From NCBI RefSeq assembly GCF_040938485.1, contig NW_027271598.1, positions 1,612,001-1,676,000 of the forward strand: 64,000 bases of DNA, written 5' to 3'. A program made the translations under genes and the position numbers. Under the pieces are notes generated by a model, which made no database searches, was not told the origin of the DNA, and worked only from the letters and a program-made list of their open reading frames with translations. Numbering within the stretch: position 1 is the stretch's first letter; each line of letters begins with the position of its first letter. Source of the DNA: Diadema antillarum. Taxonomy: Eukaryota. Below are positions 51,727 to 64,000 of the stretch, in pieces.

Positions 51727-54015
51727 TTACTTGTACAGTTCCGTAAGGAATGTCTTTATGTAATCCCCGATTTCTATCGGGGAATCCTCTTGAACGAAGT
51801 GCAACCCTTCGCATTCTACTATCTTTTGATTCGGCCACTCTTGGACCATCTTCTCGAAGACCGGGCTCAGCACGCCCGGCTTGACGCTGATGTAGAGCTT
51901 AGGTAGATCGGCTGACTTCGTCTTGAACCAGTCGGCGTAGGCAGCCACGATGGCGATCATATCGTCCGGTCCATCGCCGACGACGGGAATCAACCTTGGC
52001 CAGGTGAGCGTCGGTTGCCTGTCGTCCGGATCCCTGAATGGTCCCCGGTAGGCCTCCATCTCCTCCTCGCTCATCTTGCGCATGACGCCGAGTGGTAAGA
52101 ACTGCTCCACGAACACGTTTCCCTCTCGGATAAGTTTCTCCCCAGCCACGCCAGCCCGAAGCGCCTGGAGTGGTTCTCGCCCGATGTCAGGGAAAGTATC
52201 CCAACCGGGAATGGGACCCACGAAACTCTCCATGTGGACCAGGCCTTCCATGCGATCTCCGTGTTCGCTGGACCAGTGTAGTCCTAGTCCGGAACCCCAG
52301 TCATGGCACACAATGCTAACCTGTGGGAAGAAAGAATGAATTGAATATCGAGTATTTTTTACATTACATTGCAGTGAAACGAAATCCACTGTACTATAGC
52401 GTCAATGTGTAGAGCTTCTTTAAACGAACTCCCACCCTCCCTCATTATCATGATGTATCTTCTATATAACACGAGAGAAAACTAATACACGCAAGAAAAA
52501 TCCAAACAAAAAGTGACTTACAGGCCAAAGAGATTAAAGTTATTGTAAAAGCAAACCACATGTATTGACTAAAGACATGAATAGTTACCGTCTGTATAAA
52601 CTGCGTCATTATGTACATAAACGTTTTGAAAACATCTCACAGAGGTAACTGTCATTTTGCATCATGTCACGTGATCGGGAGTGTTAATTCTGGCGCAAGT
52701 TGCTGGGATCAAATTTTAACATGACTGGAGGTAGGCCTACATCAAGGATCTAAATGTTCATTGAATCCCCTGAAGCAAAGCAAGTCTCTGTACTCATAGG
52801 TGCTATAACGTAAATCGAAGAAGTAACGTCGCACTCACAGTCATGATAATTTTCTCTGCTTGTACGTCCTTGATAGGACATACTGCATGAGAATTGTGTG
52901 AAAGGGGCATCCATTTTCTGTAGATATTCATTACTTTCTCAAGAGCACCAGATATACCATCATTAAAGCGAAATCTGAATTCGGAGTTAGAGAGCGAAGT
53001 TCTTAAATCAACAGGTCATCTACTGAGACGTCCTAGGTTCTTCATTATAGACTGAAGTATTCAGGCCTATCGATTATAATACTATGGGCGAGCTCGTTTC
53101 GTATGTAGCAATTTCCTTCAGTGGCCTTCATTACGCCGGCTTCTTATTCGAAAAAAAAACACGAATACCCAGCATTTCATAACAATGTACATCACACCAT
53201 TACTACATGCACTACTACTTCTACTATCACTACTACTACTTTAACTACTACTACTACAACTACCTCTACTACTACAAGTGCTACTACCTCTGTATTAGTA
53301 TAATCTTCTCCCGTTTTTCTATTTTCATTGTAACTATTCCCTCTCCTACTAATATTGCGATTGCAAGTAACTGGCATTAGTTCTTGCTTTGTTAATGGAT
53401 ATCATTATAACCACCACATTATAGTGTGAACGATCAAAACAAAAAAAGTTAGACACAGAAATATACAGATATAGATGCAGAAAAAGAGTGAAAAGGAGAA
53501 ATAATGGCAATAAGGACAAAGAAAGCTTTCTATCTCTTTGCTTTTTACCGATTATTTCTTGTCGAGATGATAGGAATAAATCGAAAGTTTTCTGCAGCTT
53601 AAATCACCTTCGCAGGAAGACTGACTGCGTCAAACCATGCTGAGAGGTAGCGGTAGTGATCCAGAAAGTGGTAAGCCTTGTTGGCAAGCTTGCTGGATCG
53701 CCCGTGCCCGACTAGGTCTGGAGCGAGGCAGCGAGCAACGGGCTCGACCCGGGGAATCACGTTCCTCCAGAGGTACGACGAGGTCGGGTTCCCATGCAGG
53801 AAGACCACAGCGTGATCGCTGCCGCGTTGCTCGGGGTCCGAGTCGTAGTACGACATCGTCTCCCCCAGCACGTTGACCTTGCCGCATTTCTCCCACCATT
53901 GTGACGCCGTAATCAACGGTATCGTCGACTGGCTCCGGCGAGTCCCAACGACGAAGCTGACTGGACGTGATATGAGAAAGAGTCGGCCGCATGTGTTCCT
54001 TAAAAGGCATGCCAT
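51727..54015 (-). CDS. Divergent Renilla luciferase-like / haloalkane dehalogenase paralogue D; exon 1 54015-53608, exon 2 52320-51727; 333 aa with N-terminal extension
   Basis: Motifs [28 protein letters not shown] and GLHFVQEDSP. Phase-0 GT-AG intron (AAG|GTGATT ... CCCACAG|GTT) at the same position as in A-C. The first ATG is at 54015; the ORF track start at 54090 is a TTG. Confidence 0.93.
53195..53300. repeat. Imperfect (ACT)n microsatellite in the intron of gene D
   Basis: Run of ACT/CTA triplets with interruptions. Confidence 0.8.
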
Positions 54016-54644
54016 CTTGTGGTCACTTGTTGAAATGTCCACTCTATCTATCCTCTCAAGGTTTGATACGTCTCGGCGAGATTCCTGCAATATTTCTATG
54101 TATGATTTTCAATCGTTGTGTGTCAAAACCTTTATTCATGCCTCTCTGTGCAAATTGACATAAACTAGACTTTGGTCTTTGATACAGTGGGCGGTATATA
54201 CAGACGACATGATTACGATCGTCCTCTGAAAGTGATGGCGCTCTTCACTTCCCTTTCATCATATGGCAGTAACGTACATACGTTAAATTTTGTGTCCTAC
54301 TTCACAACTTCACGCAGTTCATGATGGAGAAGATCAGATTCAACAAATTACTACATCGTGTTTCTAAGCCCACACCTCACTATAACTTTATGTGAGCACA
54401 AAGAACGGCCATGATACATTAGCAACTATGAAGAACATGAAGAAGATTTTAAAGAGAAAAATAAAACCAGGGTTAAAAAGAAAAAAAAATATGCATGAAC
54501 TATTTTCCGAGAAGGGCTATTGTGATGCTGCAGGATCCCAGTTGATTGGGAGCTAGAGTAGTTGTTTGTGGTGATCACGTGGGAATTACAGTCAGAGCTC
54601 GCAATCTGTATGAACTAAATCATTACACGTAAAGCCATCCATTC

Positions 54645-54708
54645 CTACTGCTTCTACTACTACTGCTACTACTACTACTAGGCCTACTACGACTACGACT
54701 ACTACTAC

Positions 54709-54740
<32 letters not shown>

Positions 54741-54742
54741 CT
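54645..54742. repeat. Inverted (CTA)n/(TAG)n microsatellite
   Basis: CTA triplets switch to TAG triplets at ~54710, giving a self-complementary tract. Confidence 0.8.
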
Positions 54743-55730
54743 AATTCGAGGGAATGTGTTAGCTTTGGCCTATGCCATATCGAGTTCCATTAACGAAGTT
54801 GCACCTCCAAACCTGTCCATCTGACATCAATGGCTGATGTCCCGAGGTCCTTAATGCATTAATCCATTAAAACAGCATTATCATTCGTAAAGCATTCAGA
54901 GCATGCTACAGTTGAATGAGAACAATGATTTGAATAAATAAATGCAAAATAAGCACTATGCTTTTAAGTGCTCTTGAGATGAAAGTGCCTCGAGTAAAAT
55001 AGCTCGTCTTATTCGCTTAAAATGTCCTAAAACTACAACCTTGCTTTGTTGACTATTAAATAGACCATTAGTCGTAGAAAGTGAAGAAGTCTCGAGGATC
55101 CTCCCGTGTTACAAGATGGCTGTGAGAAATATTCTTAACACTCTGGGAAGATGTAGCCCATATTTCTCGTCTCTTTTGATTAGCCACGTTTTCTACAGAT
55201 TCCAATTACAGGATAATTACCCATCCACTAATGGACGCCAAATCATCTTCAAGAGTCAGTGCAGCAATAAATGATTATGTAAGTTTTATGTCGTCATCTC
55301 CAGTCCTTTGTATTAGTACGAGGACAGAGCAAACAATTTCGTAATAAAGAGTAAAGCACATACAGGGCTTCCGATAGCCGATGGGTTCACCGACGTTGAG
55401 CTGAATTAGCTCGGGCAACATTGTGTAACAATGGCGCTATTGATTCGTTTCTTGCTTCTGTGTTAGTTTGATTGATACCGCTGTAAAACAAAACAAGTGA
55501 AACCTGTGCGCTTAAACTCCCTCACCATTTTTGCTGACAGCCACCCTAAGACATGCACACTTTGTTTTGTCGAATCCCTGTCTCATTATTATATGTATCG
55601 CTACGTATACTGTAAGAGAATTCTCTTTCAGGTCTTCAATAAAGGTAGCTCGCTCTTAGTCCTGCGTTCTGTAATGTTTTTGTACTGAATCATTGCCCGG
55701 AATTACAATTATTGCATACATTTCCTTAAA

Positions 55731-58700
55731 ATGCCCCTTAAACGAATCAGTGTCACACCGAGCGATGAGCAAAAAGCGATTCCGAAATCGTACGTCATTG
55801 AAGACTCTATCAAGAAGCCGCCGACATTTGCCGACACGGTCATCGGCATCGGCGACAATGGATTCGATATATCGACCATAAGTGGAGCACAGGTGGCCAT
55901 GCCGATGTCGAGGGTGAGAGAGACCGCCCGTTACTCTGACCGCGTGTCATGGATGGGAGTGCTCTCGAAGTCGGCCTCGAGTTCCATCGGAGTGGCGGGA
56001 CTGAAGTACGCCGTCACTGCGCGGGAGAACTCTGGAAGGCGGTAGGACACCATGATTTCCGTTCTATCATGTAAAATGGTCGTACTCCCTCGTATAGGCC
56101 TACTCACCATTCAAAGCTCACTATTCTGATATGCACTTGCACATTTCGTAATAGATAAATGGTCAAATTGGTACATATCATGTAAAAGGGCAACTCATTT
56201 GGCTAGTCAATAATAATAATGATAATAATAATAATGATAATAATAATGATAATAATAATGACAATGATAATTATAGTAATGAAATAATAAATCCCATCTA
56301 AGTCCTTTAAGGATTTTTTTTCACCTACACAAGGTAGGTTTCAAAATTTTCCTCGTTTTATCCAAATATGGTATGATAGACTCAATAATAGATGTATCAA
56401 TAATGTGAATACATGACATAATATATGTGACTACGACGTATAAAAATAATTATGTATACACTGCAACACAGAGCATAGGGGTGTTATATACCATGCCTGT
56501 ATAGAACATAATCTGTTCAACAAAGGCAAACAAAATCATAGACGTGCATGAGGGAAGCTGATAATTGTCCTAGGTCTTTTCATCAGTGCTTACTTTTCTC
56601 TCCATATATATTGAACTTTTCATTTTGCCCCGCTTGAGTCAGCTGGATCTGGGCGATCATCCTCACAGCGGCAATGCTTATAGCCGCCGTGCAGATCATC
56701 CAACAGGTGCACTGCTTTTCCACCTACCCCAGGAGCGTCGACGTGGTGGTCGAAAACGTTGACGAACTCCCCTTCCCTACAGTCGCGGTGTGCAATTTCA
56801 ACAAATACAGGTTAGAATGAATGAACGAGTTTGAATTCAGTGTGCGTAAGTGTGTCTGTGTTTGACAGGGCTTTTAAACATTTGGCAGTGCAGGTTCGTG
56901 CTCTTTTTATCTTTTCGCTGCTTGCATCCATCTCTCATCCACAAACTGCCATCTGAACCTACTTTGGTCCTTTCAGATGAAGATAACTTAAAAAGAGACG
57001 GGGAAGAAAGCAAAGAAGGACAAGAAGGTGACAGGAAGAAAATGCCCAATGTTGGGAGGAGAGCGAAGTGATTAGAAGAACAAGACGATGGAATAGAAAT
57101 GAAAGAGAAAACAAAGAATAATATAATTATTATAATATTGTAAAATCATATGCATGCAATGATGCCTTCCTGATGCATGTATAGTTTTCGTTTTGTTATG
57201 TTTTGCTCTGTTTTGTGTTGATTTGCCTTGTTTTCAGTTCTGAATAAATAATTATCTTTTATTACGAACGAGGCCCTAACATGTCAATGGCCTTTCCTTC
57301 CTCCTCCACACTTTGTATTGTATATGATTTCTTTGTTCTTTTGTCATCTTTCAAATGTTCATTCCTTTTACTGAATTTATGCAAGCATTGAAAATAAATT
57401 AATAGAAAAAAAGGAAAAAAGGGCGACGAAGAAGAATGTTATAGTTGATAGAAGTTTGCTCGAATAACAAATTCAAATCTTTGTTGTCTTTCAGTTTCAC
57501 AGTTTAGATCAATTCTTGTTCGTCTTCGTTAAAAAGAAAAAAAAAGTTTGAAGACAGTCACATATTCGTATTACAAAGTTGTTTTTTTAATTTGAACAAA
57601 TCTACGTAATAAAAAGAAACCGAAGTTTTCAATTTCTTTTTTCATTCTGCTGACTTCCGCGTATGTCGACAGATTTTATCCGCGTCATGCGTGCTTGTCG
57701 CCTTTAATACGCAAGACTGTGTACCTGCCGTCCTTCAAATAAGCATTAAACCTGTTATAAAGGCACCATTCCACTGACCATCGTAGGCTCAACTGACTCC
57801 CGAAATGCACAAATTTCGATTCCCCCATTAAAACTGATCCGACAAGCTCCAGAAACTATCATCATGGCTCACCGAGGATGAATCAAGGTAAACCGAGGGT
57901 GCCCCGGCGTAAACTCTACAAACTGGTTGGATGTCGGCTGGACACGCCTGATACAGTGCACTCCTAGTATAACGAACACGGTTATACCGAAATTTCGTTA
58001 TAACGAAGTAAAAGTTCAGGCCCCAAAATTATCACCATTTTAAAGTCTATGGCAATTAAAAAAAAACACTAATAACGAACATGGTAATAGCGAAATTTCG
58101 TTATAACTAAATCTTTTCGGAGCGCTATTGATAAAGGAAAACAAAAGAAACATGTTCCGATTTAACAAAAATGCGGATCGCTTACGTAAAAAAAAAAAAT
58201 AGCAAAAACAAACATTTACAGAGCGTCTGATTGGCGGATGCTTCAAATCTCTTCGTTCGCTCGGTGTGTCACGTATTGTTTCTGAGGTTACTATGATACG
58301 TCAATCCGAGATGAATTGATTACGAAAAACACAAATTCTGATCTACGTAGATGTTCGTTCATTTGTAAATGAAATACGTTTGTTATTACGAACGTTGTTG
58401 CGTTATATTCGTAAGGTTCTTTAATCCATCCTTGAAGTAAGGTTCTTTTTAAGAAGATTCGTTAATCCGAAAATTAAAGGAATTTTCGTTATTCCATAAT
58501 GTTCGTTAATCTAAGAGAGAGAGAGAAAGAGAAAAAAAAAAGGTGTATACATTAACAAAACTTATGAATTACGGACCTAATATCTTCTTCGAATAAGCGA
58601 ATCTTCGCCATGACGAACCTTTCTCATTCTTCGATTAACAAACTTTCGGACTAACAATCTTATTTTATTTTCAAAAATTAACCTTCTGAACAATGAACCT

Positions 58701-61676
58701 TATGATAATTTTAAGAATATCGAATCTTCAGAAGAACGAAGCTGCAGAATAATAAACTTTATTTCACTTTCGGATTAATGAACCTTCGGAATAACGAATC
58801 CTATGAATGACGAACCTTTGAATAGGGAGCCTTCAGAATAAGTACTCTCTGGGACAACGAACTTGAGTAATAACGAACTTTCGAATGACGAGCTGCAACC
58901 GAATTCTTAACCATCACTTCTTATACATGTGTTTTAAAACAGGCATGAAAGTGCAAACGACTTCATGCTCAAATATGACATTTAAACGAAATTAATGAGA
59001 TAACATCCAACATCCCATAATCTTATCATGACAAAGTTTCCCAGGGTATAATGAATTCTCAATAAACTATTAAATGGGTTCAAGAATGTAGCCAATAGGA
59101 AGCGCTGAAATGAGTCACATGCGCTTTGGTTACTCAGTCCCATTGCACTGCGTATTAAATCCTATTGCCGATCGTCTGTGCGCGCGGCGGCTCCTTTGAA
59201 TTGCATGCATACGCGCTGTCAATCCTGTAAACAACTTCTAGTTCGGGCTGCCGGCGGCCGGCCGGCCTTTCTTCCCTTGTTAATTGTGCATAACATGTGT
59301 GGCGTACACGTACGTATCATACGTATATACAGTGTACAGTAGACCAAGCGTTGTGGGACCGGACGCGTACATGGAGTCACTTTGAAGGGCAAATCCAACG
59401 ATTTAGCAGGTTAATTCTCACGCCGTTTTCAGAGTACATGTATGTTGTCTAGTAGGCCTATATGAGGAGTCTATATCAAGTCTTTAAGGTACAGGGTGCA
59501 TATTCTATGTAAAATAAGTAAGTTTTCATGCGGGAACTTAAGTGTCCGGAAACCCAACCCCCATCTAACTGCGACCAGCCCCAACACGCAGTGTTGGGGC
59601 TGCGCATTGTAGCAGACATGATCATGATAGGCGAAGTATAGCGCCTAGATATCAATATGAAATCGCAAAAATTCTGTAATATGAAGACTTACAGGTGAAG
59701 TTATAATGTTGAAGACTGACTGCGTTCAACTTTTGGTCCTGCCAATATTCCATTTCTGCTCGAATTGATGAGTTAAATACGACTCGGTCGAGAGGAACTT
59801 GGGAGAACGACATCTTATACAGTCAATGGATTTGAAATTTTTGCGCATGCGCTGGCCGTCAATTCATCTGTACAGCTGTTAGCTTTACCAAGGCCGTATC
59901 ATACTGTTGTGGCAAACCCTCTCGCTGTATATTGCGTTGCTTTCTGGGTGGGTACGCGCGCGCAGGCGTTGTCAGAAGGCTAAAAGCATTGCGACTCCGC
60001 CCAGCACATGAATATTTACGTGCGCAGTGTACTGCATACTGATTTCGAAAATGGTGAATGGGATGGGGAGCTAGGAGATGGACCTGTAAAAAAAAAACGT
60101 TTTTTCAAGATCATTGGACCAGTGTGAACAAGAACAAGGTGAACGGATGGTAGGAATTAGATAAGAATCTTATGTATACTATAAAAGTAAGTTTTTTTTT
60201 TTCTAGTGAAATTCGAAACTTACGGAGGCGCGAAAATCTGTGACAGACTGTGTATGTTTTTCAAGCTTACCGATAAAGCACTCTATGGACTCAGGACGCT
60301 CCCACAGTGTGTAACTGTGTACACGGAGCGTCCCGGGGTTACACGGAGCGTCCCGGGGTTACCCCCCATCATACTTATATGTGCGGGAGTTCAGAGTGCG
60401 ACGTGCGTAAATGTTTGGGACGAACATCTTCGGACGTCTTGACCCACAAAGGTACGTGAAAAACGCTGAAAAATGCTGTTAGTTTCGAAAATTCGACCCA
60501 TTTTATAAAACAAATGATGCACAGGATTATTTCGTGGCGTTAGTGGAGGCGTATAGCTCACTCTCGGGTATTTACAATGTAGTGCGACATGCACTCGGCT
60601 TCGCCTCGTGCATGTTTCACAATTGTAAATACCCTCGAGTGCACTATACGCCTACACTAATGCACTCTATCCTGTGCATCATTTGTATAATATATAGCAC
60701 AATACTCATGGTTTGCGTATTCATACTGTATTTGTTCGGTTATGACGAAATGTCATTAAAACGAAAGAAAAATGCCGATCCCGAGGATTTCGTTATAACG
60801 GGAGTGAACTGCAGACGCACAATAAATGTTTAACATAACGGATTGACTCGAAACTATATCATTGGAAATGGCATCCAATGGCAAACTGAAGTCTGAGCTT
60901 GTACCTCCTCTACACAGAGATTATTGTTTTTCTCGTCGGGAACTGGTCGGCAGCAAAGCTTATGCTACTTCCGGCCACCAACCGAAGTGTATCGGATCAC
61001 AGTCTTATGCATTCGACTTGTGTCGGCCGACTTTATGTTGTCAGTGTCAGATATGTCGGGCGCGATCCCATGAGGCAACATCATGAGGATCACGCGCAAC
61101 ATGTAAATCTGTGGAATGGAGGCATTGCAAAGAGATGCGCAAGAATGACGAGTGCGCCGCCGGCGGAGTTGGCAGGCAAAACTGGCCTATCGTTCTTTTT
61201 CTCTCCAGCCGCTAGTTGTTCAACGCTTTCATAGGTGAATGGTGCAAAAGGAGAACGAAGACAGTTCTTCCTTACAAAGTAATATATTGAAAAAAAGACT
61301 ATAATTAAAACGCAGTTGAGCTATCACACGATGTGGGATCCTCTTCCAAGAGAGCATATCATATACGTATATATTATTATCATGTAAGTTGTGGTGTGGA
61401 GTCTTTTGTGATGCCTGTGCAATTTTGGCTCCATACTATCATCAGTGGGGTCGTGGTTATTGACGTTCTTTCGAGGTCTCAACATAGAATGTCGTTGCTT
61501 TTTTTTTTTTGTAGACAGTCCAGAATCAGCGGAACGCCTTTTGAGGATCTCATGTTGGCGGCTGTTGCTGATCCCTACACAGTGGGCAACTACTCTATGT
61601 TTAACGAAGCTCTCAATAACACTGGCATGGATGAGATCGTCCTTGATATGGGACATCAGAAAACAGCGTTTTTCTT
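55731..61676 (+). CDS. DEG/ENaC (acid-sensing ion channel-like) subunit, 5' part; exons 55731-56041, 56643-56810, 61515-61676; continues beyond the window
   Basis: Three phase-2 GT-AG-bounded exons splice in frame: ...SSIGVAGLKYAV...GRR|WIWAIILTAAMLIAAVQII (TM1)...TYPRSVDVVV...ELPFPTVAVCNFNKYR|QSRISGTP...DMGHQKTAFFL. FPxxxxCNxN and GHQ are hallmark DEG/ENaC motifs. Confidence 0.88.
56210..56285. repeat. (ATA/ATG)n microsatellite in intron 1 of the channel gene
   Basis: TAATAATAATGATAATAATA... run. Confidence 0.8.
57954..60811. mobile_element. Tc1/mariner-pogo (Tigger-like) MITE ends, apparently expanded by nested insertions
   Basis: Left TA|CAGTGCACTCCTAGTATAACGAA. Right TTCGTTATAACGGGAGTGAACTG|CA. 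The interior holds an ACGAA/TTCGT-rich repeat (58300-58900) and other unrelated pieces. Confidence 0.5.
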
Positions 61677-62039
61677 GTGAGTATTTTGCCCGTTCTCATT
61701 TCTCTTTTGTTTTCACTTCTCTCATATAGTTTGTGTCCTGTGTGTTCATCTTGCATTACCACTTATTCCTCTTGATCAGAGTCAGATTATCATCTATAAT
61801 CTTGTATTGAACATTACTTAGGGCCTACAGTATATCTTGTATGTACAAAGATTACGTTTTGATACCTATTCCAAGCATGCGGCGCATTCAGATCGCACTA
61901 TTACACTGTTCCTTTTTTTAATGAATAATAACGATTTCTGAAATTGTTTCCCCATGCCAGAGATACAGTACAGTACAACCTTATTCCAATTTACGAATGG
62001 TTTGATGATTTCACACAAATCTAACATATTTAATATGAC

Positions 62040-63065
62040 TTATTGTCGAGCCCGCCGGAGATGAGGAAAGACTAAGGGCTCTGTCGGTCCGTCCGTTCGT
62101 CCGGGTGTAACGCTACTAAAACTTGAATAACTCTCTACTGAGGACTTCAACTATAATCAAACTTGGAAGGAAGAGTAGTTATACAAAGTTACACATTTAA
62201 CCAAACATAAAGGGTCACCACTGGTCAAAGGTCACAGACCAGGGGTCAACAAACTTTAAGGGCCCAATGTTAAGTTTTTATACGGCATGTTTCTATTATG
62301 GCTAATAACTTTTGATCCCTATATCCGTTTGTGACAATGGAAAAGTTGGATTGTAGAGGTCTCTTGGGGAGTTGAAGGTCATCACAAAGTCGAAGGTCAC
62401 AGACAGGGGTCAACGAACTTTTAGGGCCCAATGTTAAGTTTTTACGGCGCATTTTGATTATGGCTCATAACTTTTGATCCTAAAGGGCCTATCCGTTTGT
62501 AACCGTGACAAAGTTGGATGGTAGAGGTCTCTTGGGGAGGGGAAGGTCATCACAAGGTCAACAGTTACAGACAGGGGTCAACGAACTTTTAGGGCCCAAT
62601 GTTAACTTTTTACGGCGCATGTTGATTATGGCTCATAACTTTTGATCCCTATATCCGTTTGTGACCATGACAAAGTTGGATGGTAGAGGTCTCTTGGGGA
62701 GTTGAAGTTCATCACAAGGTCAACGGTCACAGACAGGTTCAACGAACTTTTAAGTTTTTAAGGCGCGTTTTGATTATGGCTCATAATTTTTTATCCCTAT
62801 ATCCCTTTGTGACCATGGCAAAGTGGGATGGTAGAAGTCTCTTGGGGATTTGAAGTTCATCACAAGGTCAAAGGTCACAGACAGGGGTCAACGAACTTTT
62901 AGGGCCCAAGTTAAGTTTTTACGGCGCGTTTCGATTATGGCTCATAACTTTTGATCCATATGTCAGTTTGCGACCAAACCTGGCTGGTTAATGTTCCTTG
63001 GGGGAGTTCAAGGTCACCACAAGGTCAAAGGTCATAGGCGGGGTCAATGAACTTCAGGGAGTTAT
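62040..63065. mobile_element. Second HINE/DINE-1-like element with ~165-bp central tandem repeats (about 5 units)
   Basis: 5' TTATTGTCGAGCCCGCCG, a GTCC-type microsatellite (62084-62103), tandem units rich in AGGTCA/GGTCACAGACAGGGGTCAACGAAC, and 3' GGCGGGGTCAAT followed by a short hairpin. Confidence 0.55.
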
Positions 63066-64000
63066 AAAAACATTATTTTTTCTACATGAATGGGCGAGAC
63101 ACATTTTGGCACCTGCCTTGTCTTTAATATCACTATCACATCTTACTAACACCTGAAAAATATTTGAAATGTTTTGCATTGACCATGCTTCTGCTGTGTT
63201 CAAGACTATGTCAATTTTGTCGGTAATTAAAAACAATGAAATGAAATAAAGATGATATTCGTTGATTTGCGAGAAACCAGCTTGAAATTAACATGTGAAA
63301 AATGTTCGAGAAACAAAAACTGCAATTCAAATGTGGTTAATGATATAACAAATCTTATCAATACAACTATGCAGAACGAAACTACAGTTATGTTACTTTT
63401 TTGGACTTGACATAAGCCAAGTAGGTTGATAGTTGCGCGTATAGTCTCTATTTGGTCGAATAGTTTATACGAAATGCGTAATCTTCGGAACACGCATTGA
63501 GACAATCATGTTTACACCATATTTGCGTGTTTGTATTGAATTGCTACGACATTCTTGCAGTGGTCAATTTTCATTTCTTTTTCTTTTCTTTTTTTTTTTT
63601 GATCATGTGACTTGTTTCACCTGGTTCGTGTCACGATGTCAATGGGCGCGCCTTGTCAGGCAATCGCACTGAAACTACAGCCCAGGCAGCTAGTTCGCGC
63701 ATAGTATTATACGATGTGCATAGTTGACGAAGTGTTTACGAAAGAAAGTTGCCAAAAAAGTTCGTAGTACCAAGCAAAGTGTTGAACCTGTTGAAAATGT
63801 TGTCACGCATTTTACGAATTGACCTTATTAGCCAGCCTCCCACCACACAGTGCCACGAATGTTTCCCGCATTGACACGAATCGGTAAGTCTATAACTGCG
63901 CGAACCATTCTCAAACTCAAACAAGTGTCAGGGTGGCTTGGTGCTTGTTGTTGATGTGAGACTTGGGTGTGAACTTGAATGGTTATAGCAAAGAGAGAGA

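Noticed and set aside
7394-54015. Bacterial contamination or very recent horizontal transfer of a haloalkane dehalogenase
   Set aside because: All four genes have a spliceosomal GT-AG intron at the same position and sit among eukaryotic transposons and microsatellites.
7394-54015. Concluding that the organism is bioluminescent or that these are true luciferases
   Set aside because: Luciferase-like genes occur in non-luminous echinoderms and the HGNP motif is dehalogenase-like. Activity cannot be read from sequence.
60321-60362. Perfect 20-bp tandem duplication ACACGGAGCGTCCCGGGGTT x2
   Set aside because: An isolated two-copy slippage-type duplication inside nested repeat DNA with no further structure.
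61333-61729. Stand-alone 115-aa ORF
   Set aside because: Only 61515-61676 is supported, as exon 3 of the channel gene (acceptor after a poly-T tract, GTGAGT donor, in-frame GHQ motif).

Overview
Eukaryotic (intron-containing, repeat-rich) DNA, most likely from an echinoderm and probably a sea urchin (inference from the protein families and repeat types). Bases ~580-49628 are a head-to-tail array of three near-identical ~13-kb units: A 580-13678, B 13679-33969, C 33970-49628. The tail of a fourth unit lies at 62-579. Each unit carries an intact two-exon, minus-strand gene for a 312-aa Renilla-luciferase-like / haloalkane dehalogenase (alpha/beta hydrolase); I found no amino-acid difference among the three. 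All unit junctions are the same chimera of a MITE joined to the right end of a CAG-ended DNA transposon. Each unit also has private changes: a 72-bp piggyBac-type MITE in A; a 7.2-kb CMC/EnSpm element and an excision-type footprint in B; a 3.35-kb composite element and a 724-bp deletion in C. Right of the array is a fourth, divergent paralogue (D, 333 aa, same intron position) whose N-terminus looks like a mitochondrial presequence. D sits head-to-head with a DEG/ENaC (ASIC-like) channel gene, of which three exons are visible and the rest lies beyond the window. The remaining DNA is MITEs, Helentron-like (HINE/DINE-1-type) elements, minisatellites and microsatellites. No rRNA, tRNA or CRISPR array was recognised. 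All family assignments come from motif recognition by eye, not from database searches.
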